A stretch of 64,000 nucleotides of DNA, from NCBI GenBank assembly GCA_034422315.1, contig DAOUJT010000190.1, forward strand, positions 1,518 through 65,517, given 5' to 3'. The translations under genes and the position numbers were made by a program. Below the pieces are notes generated by a model. That model did no database searches, was not told where the DNA came from, and saw only the letters and a list, made by a program, of their open reading frames with translations. The stretch comes from Chloroflexota bacterium (GTDB lineage Bacteria; Chloroflexota; UBA11872). Numbering within the stretch: position 1 is the first letter of the stretch; the number at the start of each line of letters is the position of its first letter. Below are positions 1 through 9,041 of the stretch, one piece after another.

Positions 1-1
1 C

Positions 2-1348
2 GCGACGTTCGTACGGCGCAACTGGCGCTGGGAGAACGGGATCGTGGTCGGGTACGACCACCGTTTCGGTTCGGAGCGCTTCGCGGCGCACGTCGCCTCG
101 GTCCTGGCCGGCAACAGCATTCCCGTGCACCTTGTGGACACGCCGTGTCCGACTCCGGTGGCGGCATTCAGTACCGCCGACCTGCGGGCGGCCGGCGCGG
201 TGATGATTACCGCCAGCCACAACCCGCCGGCGGACAACGGGTTCAAAGTCCGCACGGCCACCGGCGCGGCCGTGGATCCGGATGCGCTGGCGTTGATCGA
301 GGACGCTGTTTCGGCCGTCGACGGCGACGCGGTGGGATTCCTGGATGCGGCCCCGGCCGAACGGGCGGGATTGCTGCGCCCGTTCAGTCCGGATGCCGCG
401 TACCTCAACCACGTAGCCAACCTGGTGGACCTGGAAGCGCTGCGCGCCCGCGACCTGCGGGTGGTGGTGGACGCGATGTACGGCTCGGCGGCCGGATGGC
501 TGCCCCGGATTCTCGAGGGCGGGCGGCTTGACGTAACGGAGATCCACGGCGAATGGAACCCCCGGTTTCCGGGCCTGGTGCGGCCGGAGCCGATCCCCCC
601 GCAGACGGATCAGGCCGCGGCGGTGGTTCGAGACACGTCCGCCGCCGTCGGCATCGTGACGGACGGCGATGGGGACCGGCTGGGGATCGTGGACGAACAC
701 GGCGAGTTCGTGGACCAACTGCGCACGATCGGTCTGCTGGCGTACTACTTCCTTGAACACGGCGGGCTGCGGCAGCCGCTCGTAAAGACGCTCACGACGT
801 CCTCGATGCTGGAACGACTGGGTCAGCAGTACGACGTGCACGTGGAAGAGGTCGGCGTGGGCATGAAGTTCGTGGCCCCGGCCATGCGGGAGCTCAACGC
901 CGTGATGGGCGGCGAAGAGAGCGGCGGGTACGTGTTCCAGCCGCACATGCCGGAGCGCGACGGCGTGGTCGCCGGACTGTACTTTCTGGACCTGATGGCT
1001 CGTGAAGGCAAAACCCCGGCCGAACTGGTGGAGTTGCTATTCGAGAAGCTGGGTCGCGAGTACCACTACGCCAGGTACGACCTGGAGTTTCCGGCAGAGG
1101 ACCGGGCCGAGATCGAGGCGCGGGTGCAGGCCTGGATGCCGGACGCCATTGATGGGTCGCGCGTGTTGCGCCGCAACGAGATGGATGGATTGAAATACTA
1201 CTTGGACGACGAGAGTTGGCTCCTGATCAGGTTCTCCGGAACCGAGCCGCTGCTGCGGGTCTACACGGAAACCACGTCGCCCGAGCGTGTGGCCACCCTG
1301 CTGGATATCGGCGCGCGCGCCGCCGGAGTGGAAGTCGCTGACGCATGA
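2..1348 (+). CDS. phosphomannomutase/phosphoglucomutase (alpha-D-phosphohexomutase), N-terminus outside window
   Basis: The frame is open back to base 2. All four family loops are visible in translation: phosphoserine loop ITASHNP, Mg loop DGDGDR, sugar loop GEESGG and phosphate loop RFSGTEP. Confidence 0.9.
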   Translation, partial: ATFVRRNWRWENGIVVGYDHRFGSERFAAHVASVLAGNSIPVHLVDTPCPTPVAAFSTADLRAAGAVMITASHNPPADNGFKVRTATGAAVDPDALALIEDAVSAVDGDAVGFLDAAPAERAGLLRPFSPDAAYLNHVANLVDLEALRARDLRVVVDAMYGSAAGWLPRILEGGRLDVTEIHGEWNPRFPGLVRPEPIPPQTDQAAAVVRDTSAAVGIVTDGDGDRLGIVDEHGEFVDQLRTIGLLAYYFLEHGGLRQPLVKTLTTSSMLERLGQQYDVHVEEVGVGMKFVAPAMRELNAVMGGEESGGYVFQPHMPERDGVVAGLYFLDLMAREGKTPAELVELLFEKLGREYHYARYDLEFPAEDRAEIEARVQAWMPDAIDGSRVLRRNEMDGLKYYLDDESWLLIRFSGTEPLLRVYTETTSPERVATLLDIGARAAGVEVADA

Positions 1349-1719
1349 GCGATCAGGACGTCACGATTGTCGCGAAGCCTTGGGGCCGCGAGGTGATCTA
1401 CGCCTCCACTGAGTTGTATATCGGCAAGATCATCGAGATCAGCGCTGGTGCGCGGCTGAGCCTGCAGTACCACGAAGCGAAGGACGAGACGATTTACGTG
1501 CTCGACGGGCGGCTACGGCTAGTGATCGGCGATTCGGCCGACGCGCTGGAGACGCGCGACCTGGATACAGGTGCCAGCGTGCGCGTGCATACCCGGAAGG
1601 TACATCGGTACGAGGCGCCGCACGGGGATGTGCGCGTGCTGGAGGTGTCAACGCCTCACCCTGACGACGTGGTGCGACTGGTCGACGACTACGGACGCGA
1701 AGGCACGTCCGCGCCCTGA
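1345..1719 (+). CDS. cupin-domain protein (type II mannose-6-phosphate isomerase-like cupin)
   Basis: ATGA start/stop overlap with the upstream phosphomannomutase. Cupin beta-barrel motifs are present (LSLQYHEAKDETIYVLDG ... VHRYEAP). Size is 124 aa. Confidence 0.7.
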   Translation: MSDQDVTIVAKPWGREVIYASTELYIGKIIEISAGARLSLQYHEAKDETIYVLDGRLRLVIGDSADALETRDLDTGASVRVHTRKVHRYEAPHGDVRVLEVSTPHPDDVVRLVDDYGREGTSAP

Positions 1720-3131
1720 CTTTCGGCCCTGGCGGCCATTGCGCGCCTGTAATGGGCAAGCGCGATTGCTTCCGCCACAAGGTAGACGGCGGCAATGGCC
1801 GTCGCGATCAACAGCACGGAGAGGACGGTGCGTGGCGAGTCGTGCGCGAACGCGTAACCGGTGACCGTGGCGGCCAATATGACGGCCAGACCGATCCAAA
1901 CGCGCAGGTGTCCCGCGCCGATGTGCAAGCTGGCGGTCACCGCGGCGATGGCTAGGAGCGCGGCGGCGGCGACGTAGAGGGGGAGCAATTCGACGTAGGG
2001 CGGATAGCGGTCGCCGAAGATCAGGCCATATACACCTTCCGGCCAAGCCAGGATGATCAGCGCGCAGGCACCGGAAACCGCGGCCATCAGTGCCAGGCTC
2101 GCCAGGTACGCGCGGATGACGCCTGCGCCGACGGCGGCCCGCCAGACGACGAAGGGCAAGAGCACGATCCCCACCATCATGCCGCTCCAGAAGACGATGC
2201 GCCCGATGAGCGCCAGCGCCGCGTAGGCGGCGGCTTCATCCGGGCTGAAGAAGGCTTTAACGGCCAGCACATCCAGATGCAGCAGGCCGGCGAGCGCAAA
2301 GAGAATCAGCGCCACGCGTACGTGATCCGAGATTCCCAGCGGCGCCGCTTCCGTTTCAGACGGAGCGTCCGGTCGGTTCAAGACGCGTCGAGCACTCAGC
2401 CAGCCGAAGATGATGCCGGCCAATGCGGACGCAGGACTCGCCAGCAGGGCGCCCGTAGCTCCGCCGCCGGCCAGCACGGTTGCCGCGCCGACGATGAGCC
2501 GTCCGAAGCCGTGCGCGGCTAGGGCGAAACCGAGCCCAACGAATTCACGTGCGCCCTGCGTGATACCGCGCGCCACTGGTTCGAAGGTCAGGGCGCCGGC
2601 TGCAACTCCGGCAACCACGACCGGCCACGCCGAGGTCAACTGCAGCGCGGACTGAATGAGGGGCGACGCCGCCACGATTCCAAGCATGAGAATCAGGGAA
2701 ACCAGGCCGGTCCAGCGGACAATTGTTCGAGTTAAGGTCCGCAGTTCGTTCAGTCGGCCCAGGGCGACCAGTTCGGCGGCCTGGCGCGCAACCAGCGTCT
2801 GAACGACCTGTGCCGGGGTGACCAGCAGCGACAGCGCGCCGAGCACCGCGAAGGCCTCGGCGTAGGCGCGCGGCTCCAGCCCGCGGGCCATGATGAGCTG
2901 AAAAGCGGACGTGGCGGCACTGCCCATGAGCAGAAAAGGCGCCAGCCGTCCGTTGTCCCGCAGGATCGTTTGGACGATGCGCGGGGCCGACGCCGAAGCG
3001 TCGACCCTGGAGGTGTCGAAGCTGGTGTTCAGTCCTTGTAGTCGTCCCGGGCCGGGCTCCAGGCCTCGATCAGGAAGCAGCGGCTGGTGGCGGTGGCCTC
3101 GTGCGGCACGCCGGATGGAACGCACCAGCAA
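1689..3131 (-). CDS. polytopic membrane protein, Wzx/MurJ-like polysaccharide flippase family (start uncertain)
   Basis: Very hydrophobic 480-aa ORF with many predicted helices, in a glycan-gene context. Its first ~100 nt overlap the cupin gene at 3029-3373, so the true start is probably internal. The first internal ATG is at 2927. Confidence 0.55.
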   Translation of the reverse strand: MLVRSIRRAARGHRHQPLLPDRGLEPGPGRLQGLNTSFDTSRVDASASAPRIVQTILRDNGRLAPFLLMGSAATSAFQLIMARGLEPRAYAEAFAVLGALSLLVTPAQVVQTLVARQAAELVALGRLNELRTLTRTIVRWTGLVSLILMLGIVAASPLIQSALQLTSAWPVVVAGVAAGALTFEPVARGITQGAREFVGLGFALAAHGFGRLIVGAATVLAGGGATGALLASPASALAGIIFGWLSARRVLNRPDAPSETEAAPLGISDHVRVALILFALAGLLHLDVLAVKAFFSPDEAAAYAALALIGRIVFWSGMMVGIVLLPFVVWRAAVGAGVIRAYLASLALMAAVSGACALIILAWPEGVYGLIFGDRYPPYVELLPLYVAAAALLAIAAVTASLHIGAGHLRVWIGLAVILAATVTGYAFAHDSPRTVLSVLLIATAIAAVYLVAEAIALAHYRRAMAARAESQGADVPSRP

Positions 3132-3373
3132 TTGCCCTGTTCGATTGAGTGGACCTCGTCACCGATCTTGAGGTCAAACGTGCCCTCAATGCAGTAGCCA
3201 ATCTGTTCGTAGACGTGGTCGTGAAGGGGCACCACGCCGCCTTCCTCGAGGTGGATTTCGGCGACCAGCATCGTCTCGCCCCAGATCAGGGTGCGCCGGC
3301 GCACGCCGGGCATCATGTCGGCGAGGGGTCGGTCAGCATTCGAAACTACTGGCACGATGAGTCTCCTTGTCAC
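3029..3373 (-). CDS. cupin-domain protein
   Basis: 114-aa ORF with cupin metal motifs (PLHDHVYEQIGYCIEG ... VPSGVPHEA). Confidence 0.65.
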   Translation of the reverse strand: MTRRLIVPVVSNADRPLADMMPGVRRRTLIWGETMLVAEIHLEEGGVVPLHDHVYEQIGYCIEGTFDLKIGDEVHSIEQGNCWCVPSGVPHEATATSRCFLIEAWSPARDDYKD

Positions 3374-3415
3374 TCACACTTGGTGCATTGTCGCAAGCCG
3401 TGCGGTTCCGGTGGG

Positions 3416-4639
3416 TTATGTGGCTGGCGGGCGGCCGAGTGCCCGGCGAATCAATTCCAAGCCAGGTTCTTCGCCCCGCACGTGGAGCGGAGGCCAATCG
3501 CCCTTGAGGCCGGTTTCGGAGGAAATGCAAACGATTTCGTCGTCGGAGTCGATCTGGCCCTCCCGCGCGAGTCGGGCTGTTACGGCCAGGGGAACGGCGC
3601 CGGTCGGTCCGACCCAGAGGCCTTCGACCCGCGCCAGCCGGCGCTGCATGTCGAGGGTCTCCTCGTCGGAGACGTCCCCGGCCAGGCCGTCCTGTTCGCG
3701 GATGCGGCGGAGGGTGAGCCGTCCCTTGGCGCCCATGTCGCCGACAGCGGTGCCTTCGGCCACCGTATAGCCGATCGTCTTCGCCCCTAGTTCGTCGCCG
3801 GTCCGCCAGGCTTCAGCGATGGTGTTGGCCTCGGTGGACTGCGCGGAAACCGGTCGTGGCGGTGTCTCTATGCGGCCGGTGGCGGCAAGCGCCGCCCATG
3901 CGCGCTGTCCCGCCATCAGCGTTTCGCCCATCCCGACCGGGTACACCATCAAGTCCGGCGCGTGGCCGAGCTGCTCGTAGGTCTCCAGGGCGATTGACTT
4001 CTTGCCCTCCTGCTTGTACGGGTTGCGGGAGGCGCCGCCGTCGAAGAACCAGCGTTGATCCACAGCGGCGTCGAAGTGACGAATCATGTCGTCGTAGACG
4101 CCGTCGTACCAGATCACGTCGCTGGCGACGCCCGCAATGTGGGCCATCTTGGCTGCAGTGCTTTGCGTGTAGCAGCAGACCAGGCCGCGCAGGCCGGCGC
4201 GGGCGGCGTAGGTGGCGATTGAGGAGGCGGCGTTGCCGGTGGAGACGACGCCGATGGCGTCGAAGCCGAACTGGCGGGCGCACGATACAGCTGTCTGGCT
4301 GGAGCGGTCCTTGACGGTGCCGGTGGGGTTGGAGCCGTCGAACTTGATCCAGAGACGGCGAAGGCCCAGTTCAGCGCCGAGGCGTGGGATCGGGAACAGC
4401 GGCGACGGCTGCTCGCCCAGGGTGACGAAGTTGGCGGCGTCGTGCACGGGCATCCAGGCGGCGTAGCGCCAGACGCCGGTTCGCCGCGGCTGGGCCAGGG
4501 GCTCGTCGGTCAGCCGCTCCAGGTCGTACTGGATTTCCAGCAGCCCGCCGCAGGCCTGGCAATTCAGGGTGTATTCGAGCGCGTGGGACTGCTGGCAGTC
4601 GACGCAGCGCAGGCTGGTTGCGGCGGATTCGGAGCGCAC
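3416..4639 (-). CDS. threonine synthase-family PLP-dependent enzyme with N-terminal zinc ribbon
   Basis: PLP-lysine motif NPTGTVKDRSS. The fold-type II PLP enzyme length fits. N-terminal CxxC...CxxC (CVDCQQ...CQACGG). Confidence 0.75.
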   Translation of the reverse strand: MRSESAATSLRCVDCQQSHALEYTLNCQACGGLLEIQYDLERLTDEPLAQPRRTGVWRYAAWMPVHDAANFVTLGEQPSPLFPIPRLGAELGLRRLWIKFDGSNPTGTVKDRSSQTAVSCARQFGFDAIGVVSTGNAASSIATYAARAGLRGLVCCYTQSTAAKMAHIAGVASDVIWYDGVYDDMIRHFDAAVDQRWFFDGGASRNPYKQEGKKSIALETYEQLGHAPDLMVYPVGMGETLMAGQRAWAALAATGRIETPPRPVSAQSTEANTIAEAWRTGDELGAKTIGYTVAEGTAVGDMGAKGRLTLRRIREQDGLAGDVSDEETLDMQRRLARVEGLWVGPTGAVPLAVTARLAREGQIDSDDEIVCISSETGLKGDWPPLHVRGEEPGLELIRRALGRPPAT

Positions 4640-4747
4640 GTGTCCGGTCCATGGCAGACGGGAAGCGATAGCGTACCGCTCCTTGAGTGGCCAACGCCTC
4701 GCCGGGGGGAGCCGGCGAGGCGTTGGAACGGGTGGGAACGCCCCGGG

Positions 4748-4990
4748 TTAGTTCAGGCTGGGCGTCCGAATCCGTGCATGGCGTCGCGCGCAGGCTGCGC
4801 ACTCGGTTGTGCCGGGCAGAAGCTCAAGACGAAGCGACTCAATCAAGCCGCCGCAGTCCTGGCATTGACCCGAGCTGACGCCGCTTGGCAGTGCGCCAAG
4901 GATGTCCCGAATCGCGACCTGCAGGTCGCGCGTGGATGCATCGCCTGCGCGATCGGCCCAACCGTCAATCTGCGTTTCGCTCATGGACAC
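4748..4990 (-). CDS. TraR/DksA-family C4 zinc-finger protein
   Basis: 80 aa with CQDCGG-x17-CAACA, a CxxC-x17-CxxC arrangement typical of the DksA/TraR zinc finger. Confidence 0.65.
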   Translation of the reverse strand: MSMSETQIDGWADRAGDASTRDLQVAIRDILGALPSGVSSGQCQDCGGLIESLRLELLPGTTECAACARRHARIRTPSLN

Positions 4991-5005
4991 GCCTGTGTGG
5001 GCAAT

Positions 5006-5037
5006 GGTGGGCGGGCCGCACGTGCGGCCCGCCCACC
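5006..5037 (-). terminator. GC-rich perfect palindrome downstream of hsp20 (candidate intrinsic terminator without U-tract)
   Basis: GGTGGGCGGGCCGCAC/GTGCGGCCCGCCCACC is a perfect 32-nt palindrome. It lies 14 nt after the hsp20 stop and 16 nt before the next gene start. No T-run follows it. Confidence 0.45.
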
Positions 5038-5050
5038 CGGTCGCCGAGTT

Positions 5051-5506
5051 CTACGCGGACTCGATGGCGATGGTGGCGGCCCTGGCCTCCTCGGCCTTGG
5101 GAACGCGCACCGTCAGAACGCCGTTCTCGTACTGGGCGCCCGCGCCGGCGGTCGTGGTGCGCACGGGCAGGGGAACGCGGCGGTGAAAGCGGTCCGCCCG
5201 CCGCTCGCGGACGTGGTAGCGGCTGTCCTCGGCCGCCTCGGTCTTCGCCTCGGCCTCGTGGGCGCCCTGAATGATCAGGTCGCCGTCAGCGGTCGTGATC
5301 TGGATCTCGTCGGGCCGGAAGCCGGGCACCGAGGCGCGGACCACGATGGCGTCGTCGGTCTCCTCAACGTCAACGGGTGGGAGCCACCCGGGGGAGTCGT
5401 GGAACGCGAGCCGCAACGGGTGGGCGAACCACTCGTCGTCGAAGAACCTGGGGGCGATCGCCTGGCGGCGAGCCTGTGGCCGCCAACGTCGGATTGCGAA
5501 AGTCAT
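5051..5506 (-). CDS. small heat-shock protein, Hsp20/alpha-crystallin family
   Basis: Alpha-crystallin domain (VDVEETDDAIVVRASVPGFRPDEIQI ... NGVLTVRVPK). GGAGG RBS upstream of the ATG. Confidence 0.9.
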   Translation of the reverse strand: MTFAIRRWRPQARRQAIAPRFFDDEWFAHPLRLAFHDSPGWLPPVDVEETDDAIVVRASVPGFRPDEIQITTADGDLIIQGAHEAEAKTEAAEDSRYHVRERRADRFHRRVPLPVRTTTAGAGAQYENGVLTVRVPKAEEARAATIAIESA

Positions 5507-5547
5507 CTGGGAGCCTCCATATAGCTCATTCCATTGCTGACGTTTGA

Positions 5548-5576
5548 ATCATAAGAGTTGAGCCTATATCTGTCAA
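5548..5576 (-). promoter_or_regulatory. sigma70-like promoter of hsp20
   Basis: On the minus strand: TTGACA (5576-5571), a 17-nt spacer, then TATGAT (5553-5548). It sits ~40 nt upstream of the hsp20 ATG in a locally AT-rich stretch. Confidence 0.5.
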
Positions 5577-5691
5577 GTAACAAACGCAGTAATACTGCGT
5601 GCCATTCGCGCAAGTCTGGTGGCCGGTGCCGGACAGGTGTAGGAAGAGACGGTTGCGATGCGTCGGCGTCTGCCGGGATGCGGTGCCGCGG

Positions 5692-6771
5692 TCAGAAGCC
5701 GGCCGGCGCGTCCAATCCGAGTCGATCAGCCATCCCGGACAGCGGATCGATCACGCTTGACGGGTAGGCGATGCCGTTGGCGACGCGATCCTCAAAGTGC
5801 TCCCACTCGGGCTGGCCGGGCATTTGCACCTTGTCGAAGCCGGCCGCCGGCGGCAGCGCGTTGACGGCCGAACTCTGTGCGTCCATGGCCGTGCGGAAGG
5901 CATCCAGCGGTAGGAAGGCGCCGACATCGATGGTCAGGAAGAACAGGCTGCCCCAAGGCACCCGAGTCTCGGGGTCGAGGGCGCCCTTGATCAGCGTGGC
6001 GCCGTCGCCCGAGAGCACGCCGGCCATCAGGTCGTGTACCAGGCCGATGCCGTACCCCTTGGGCCCGCCGGCGGGCAGGACGTAGGCGAGCTTGGAGGCG
6101 TCGGTGGTTGGATTGCCCTCACCATCGGTCGCCACGCCCTCTGGCAAGGCGCCGGTGGTCGTTCCCACCATGTGGAGCTTGTTGAGGGCATACGCGCCGG
6201 ACGCCATGTCCAGCACCACGGGCTGCGATCCGTGCGTCGGAAAGGCCCAGGCGAGCGGCGTATTGCCGGTGGCGGGCTGCCGGCTGCCGGTGGCGAGCAT
6301 GCAGGGACCGGCCATGTTGCTGGCGGCGTGCCCGATCAGACCGGCGTCGGCGGCCATCAGCGCCCAGTAGGCGGCGGCGCCAAAGTGGCCGGTGTCCGAC
6401 ACAACCGCGACACCCACGCCGCGCTCGTGCGCGATGTCGATGGCGGCCTGCATGCCGGCCCGGCCCCCGAGCTGTCCGAGAGAGCGGTCGCCGGCCACGC
6501 GGGCGGCGCCGCCGGAGCAACTGACGCGAATGTCGGGTGTGGGGTTGATCGCGCCGGCTTGCAGGGCTTCGGTGTAGGCGGCGAGCAGCCGTGTCCCGTG
6601 GGAAAACACGCCGCGCAGGTCGCAGTGAACCAGGGTCTCCACAACAAAAGCCGCGTCGTCGCGGGGAACGCCGGTCGCGATCAGCGCGTCGGTTCCAAAG
6701 GCGCGCATCGCGTCGGCTGGGATGCGGGCGTGGCCGATGTCGTAGCGCAGCCGGTCGCTCATGCGTCCCAC
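5692..6771 (-). CDS. Ldh_2 family (malate/L-lactate/ureidoglycolate dehydrogenase type 2) oxidoreductase
   Basis: 359 aa with the family motif CDLRGVFSHGTRLL and overall similarity to the neighbouring paralog. Confidence 0.75.
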   Translation of the reverse strand: MGRMSDRLRYDIGHARIPADAMRAFGTDALIATGVPRDDAAFVVETLVHCDLRGVFSHGTRLLAAYTEALQAGAINPTPDIRVSCSGGAARVAGDRSLGQLGGRAGMQAAIDIAHERGVGVAVVSDTGHFGAAAYWALMAADAGLIGHAASNMAGPCMLATGSRQPATGNTPLAWAFPTHGSQPVVLDMASGAYALNKLHMVGTTTGALPEGVATDGEGNPTTDASKLAYVLPAGGPKGYGIGLVHDLMAGVLSGDGATLIKGALDPETRVPWGSLFFLTIDVGAFLPLDAFRTAMDAQSSAVNALPPAAGFDKVQMPGQPEWEHFEDRVANGIAYPSSVIDPLSGMADRLGLDAPAGF

Positions 6772-7823
6772 TCCGGGTCCACGCCGTAGGCGCGGCCGGT
6801 TTCAGCCACCGCGTCGAGCAGCCCGCTGGGGTAGCCGATACCGTGCTCAAACGCGTCGGCCCGTTTGAGCCATTCGGGCTCGCCGGGAACCAGCACGCGG
6901 TCGAAACCCTCGGCAGGCTGCAGCGCATGGATGGCGTCAATCGTCTCGTCCATGTCCGCGACAAACTCGGCCAGCGGGCGGAATGCCTCAACTCGAATCG
7001 CCACGAAGACCTGACCGACGGTGCCCAGGTGGTCGGGTGTCCGATTCACGGCGGCGGTGGCGCCCGCCAGGATGCCGGACAGCGTTTCCATGACGATGCC
7101 CAGCCCGAAGCCTTTTGGTCCCGCAAACGGATTCAACCAGACCAGCTGATTGGGGTCCGTGGTCGGGTTGCCCTCGGCGTCCACGCCGACGTCGGCGGGA
7201 ATGGACTGCCCGGTCGCGGCGGCCACCCGAACTTTCCCGAGCGCCGAAAAGCCAACGGCCATGTCCGCCACCACCGGATAGTTCGTGCCGGCCGGCAGTG
7301 CCCAGGCAATCGGTCCGTTCGTGAGCGCCGGTGTGCGGCTGCCGAAGGCCAGGACACCGGAGGCGCCGCCGCCGCTGCTGGTCACGAAGGCCACGCAGCC
7401 GGCCTCGACAGCCTGCAGCGCCCAATGCGCGGCGGGTCCGAAGTGGCGTCCGTTGTGCACGCAGACCATTCCTGCCGCGCCATCGCTGGCCAGATCGATC
7501 GCCCGCTGCATTCCGATCTGCGCTGAAACAGCGCCGGGTGCGCCGCCAGCGTCGATCGCAGCGGTTGCGGGCCGTTGCTGGAGTGTTTTGACTTCCGCGT
7601 CGGGCACGACAAGCCCTGAGCGGATTTCAGCCGTATAGGGTGTGACCCGGGTGACGCCGTGGGAAAACACGCCGCGCGCGTCGGCTTCCACCAGCACGTC
7701 GGCGATCAGGGCGGCCCGGTCGTCCGGCACGCCGGCGGCATGCATCACGCTGGTGGTAAAAGCGCGCATCCCTTCCACCGGCACGCGCTGGCCAACCGCC
7801 GCCTGCGCGAAGTCGGCGCTCAT
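6759..7823 (-). CDS. Ldh_2 family oxidoreductase (tandem paralog)
   Basis: 354 aa with motif ADARGVFSHGVTRV. It overlaps the downstream paralog by 13 nt. Confidence 0.75.
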   Translation of the reverse strand: MSADFAQAAVGQRVPVEGMRAFTTSVMHAAGVPDDRAALIADVLVEADARGVFSHGVTRVTPYTAEIRSGLVVPDAEVKTLQQRPATAAIDAGGAPGAVSAQIGMQRAIDLASDGAAGMVCVHNGRHFGPAAHWALQAVEAGCVAFVTSSGGGASGVLAFGSRTPALTNGPIAWALPAGTNYPVVADMAVGFSALGKVRVAAATGQSIPADVGVDAEGNPTTDPNQLVWLNPFAGPKGFGLGIVMETLSGILAGATAAVNRTPDHLGTVGQVFVAIRVEAFRPLAEFVADMDETIDAIHALQPAEGFDRVLVPGEPEWLKRADAFEHGIGYPSGLLDAVAETGRAYGVDPEWDA

Positions 7824-9016
7824 GGGTTGGCCGCGATTGAGGCCCTGATCGCTTCTCCCAGAATTCGCACGCCGGTACGAATCTGCTCGTGCGGGGCATG
7901 GCTGAAGGCCAGTCGAATTGCGCCCAGCCCCGCACCGTCCACTCGAAACACCGACCCGCTGCGGACCAGGACTCCGGCCGTTTCACAGCGTCGAATTACG
8001 TCGTCCAAGAGCTCGGGCCGACGCAGCGTGAGCCAGCAGAAAAAGCCGCCGTTCGGTGGAGTCCAGGTTGCGAGGTCGCCGACATGCTCGTCCAGGGCGG
8101 CGAGCATGATGTCGCGCCGCTCGCGATAGATGTCCTGCAGGCGGGCGATCTGTTCTTCCATATGCTCGCGCATGAATTCCGAAGCCAGGGCGGAGGCGAA
8201 GGGGCTGGTGCCGCCGTCGGTTTTGAGCGGCAAGACACGCTCGGTCAGTGGGGCCGAGGTGAGAATCCAGCCCAGCCGGATTCCCGCGCCGAGAATCTTG
8301 GAGAACGTGCCGGCGCGTGTCACCAGACCGGAGCCGCCGTCAAGCTCGTACATGGAAGGCGGGCGCTCGCCGTCGTAGTGCAACTCGTAGTACGCGTCGT
8401 CCTCAAACACGGGCACGCCGTGTCGGTGACAGACTTCCAGCACCTCCAGGCGCCGCTCGCGCGTGATCGTGGTCCCCATGGGATTCTGGAAGGTGGGAAT
8501 GGTGTAGAAGATGGCGGGTTGCCGCGTGGCGAACAGTTCGTCAAGGGCATCTGGCACGGGGCCGTGAGCGTCCCAGGTCACGTGCGCCCCGTGGTCGCTG
8601 ACGCGCCGCACAAACAAGGCGCCGAACGAGGCATGGTCCAGGGCAATGATCTGATCCCGGTTGACAAAGGTGCGCAGCACCATGTCGATGGCCTGCCCGG
8701 ACCCGTTGGTAATGATGATCTGGTCGCGATCGACTTCAAGTCCCTCGAAGACCCGCAGCTTTTCGCGAACAACATCCACCAGTTCCAGGCTGCCCTTACG
8801 TCGGCCGTACAAGAGGGCGGGATAGTTCTCGGGAAGGGCGTTGCGGGCGGCCTCCACCATCTGCTTGAGTGGCAGGGCCTCGTTGGCGGGCTGGCCGACC
8901 AGCAGATCCGCAACGATGTCGTCGGGCGCGCCGGAGGCGGAAACCATCGTGCCCGGGGCGGCGCGTTGGCGAGCCTCGTCGCTCAGGCAGCACTCAAAGT
9001 CAAAGTTCTTAGCCAC
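7820..9016 (-). CDS. class I/II PLP-dependent aminotransferase
   Basis: 398 aa with PLP-lysine motif TFSKILGAGIRLGW. It overlaps the downstream gene by 4 nt. Confidence 0.8.
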   Translation of the reverse strand: MAKNFDFECCLSDEARQRAAPGTMVSASGAPDDIVADLLVGQPANEALPLKQMVEAARNALPENYPALLYGRRKGSLELVDVVREKLRVFEGLEVDRDQIIITNGSGQAIDMVLRTFVNRDQIIALDHASFGALFVRRVSDHGAHVTWDAHGPVPDALDELFATRQPAIFYTIPTFQNPMGTTITRERRLEVLEVCHRHGVPVFEDDAYYELHYDGERPPSMYELDGGSGLVTRAGTFSKILGAGIRLGWILTSAPLTERVLPLKTDGGTSPFASALASEFMREHMEEQIARLQDIYRERRDIMLAALDEHVGDLATWTPPNGGFFCWLTLRRPELLDDVIRRCETAGVLVRSGSVFRVDGAGLGAIRLAFSHAPHEQIRTGVRILGEAIRASIAANP

Positions 9017-9041
9017 GGCGCCATCGGACTGCGAGGGTCGG

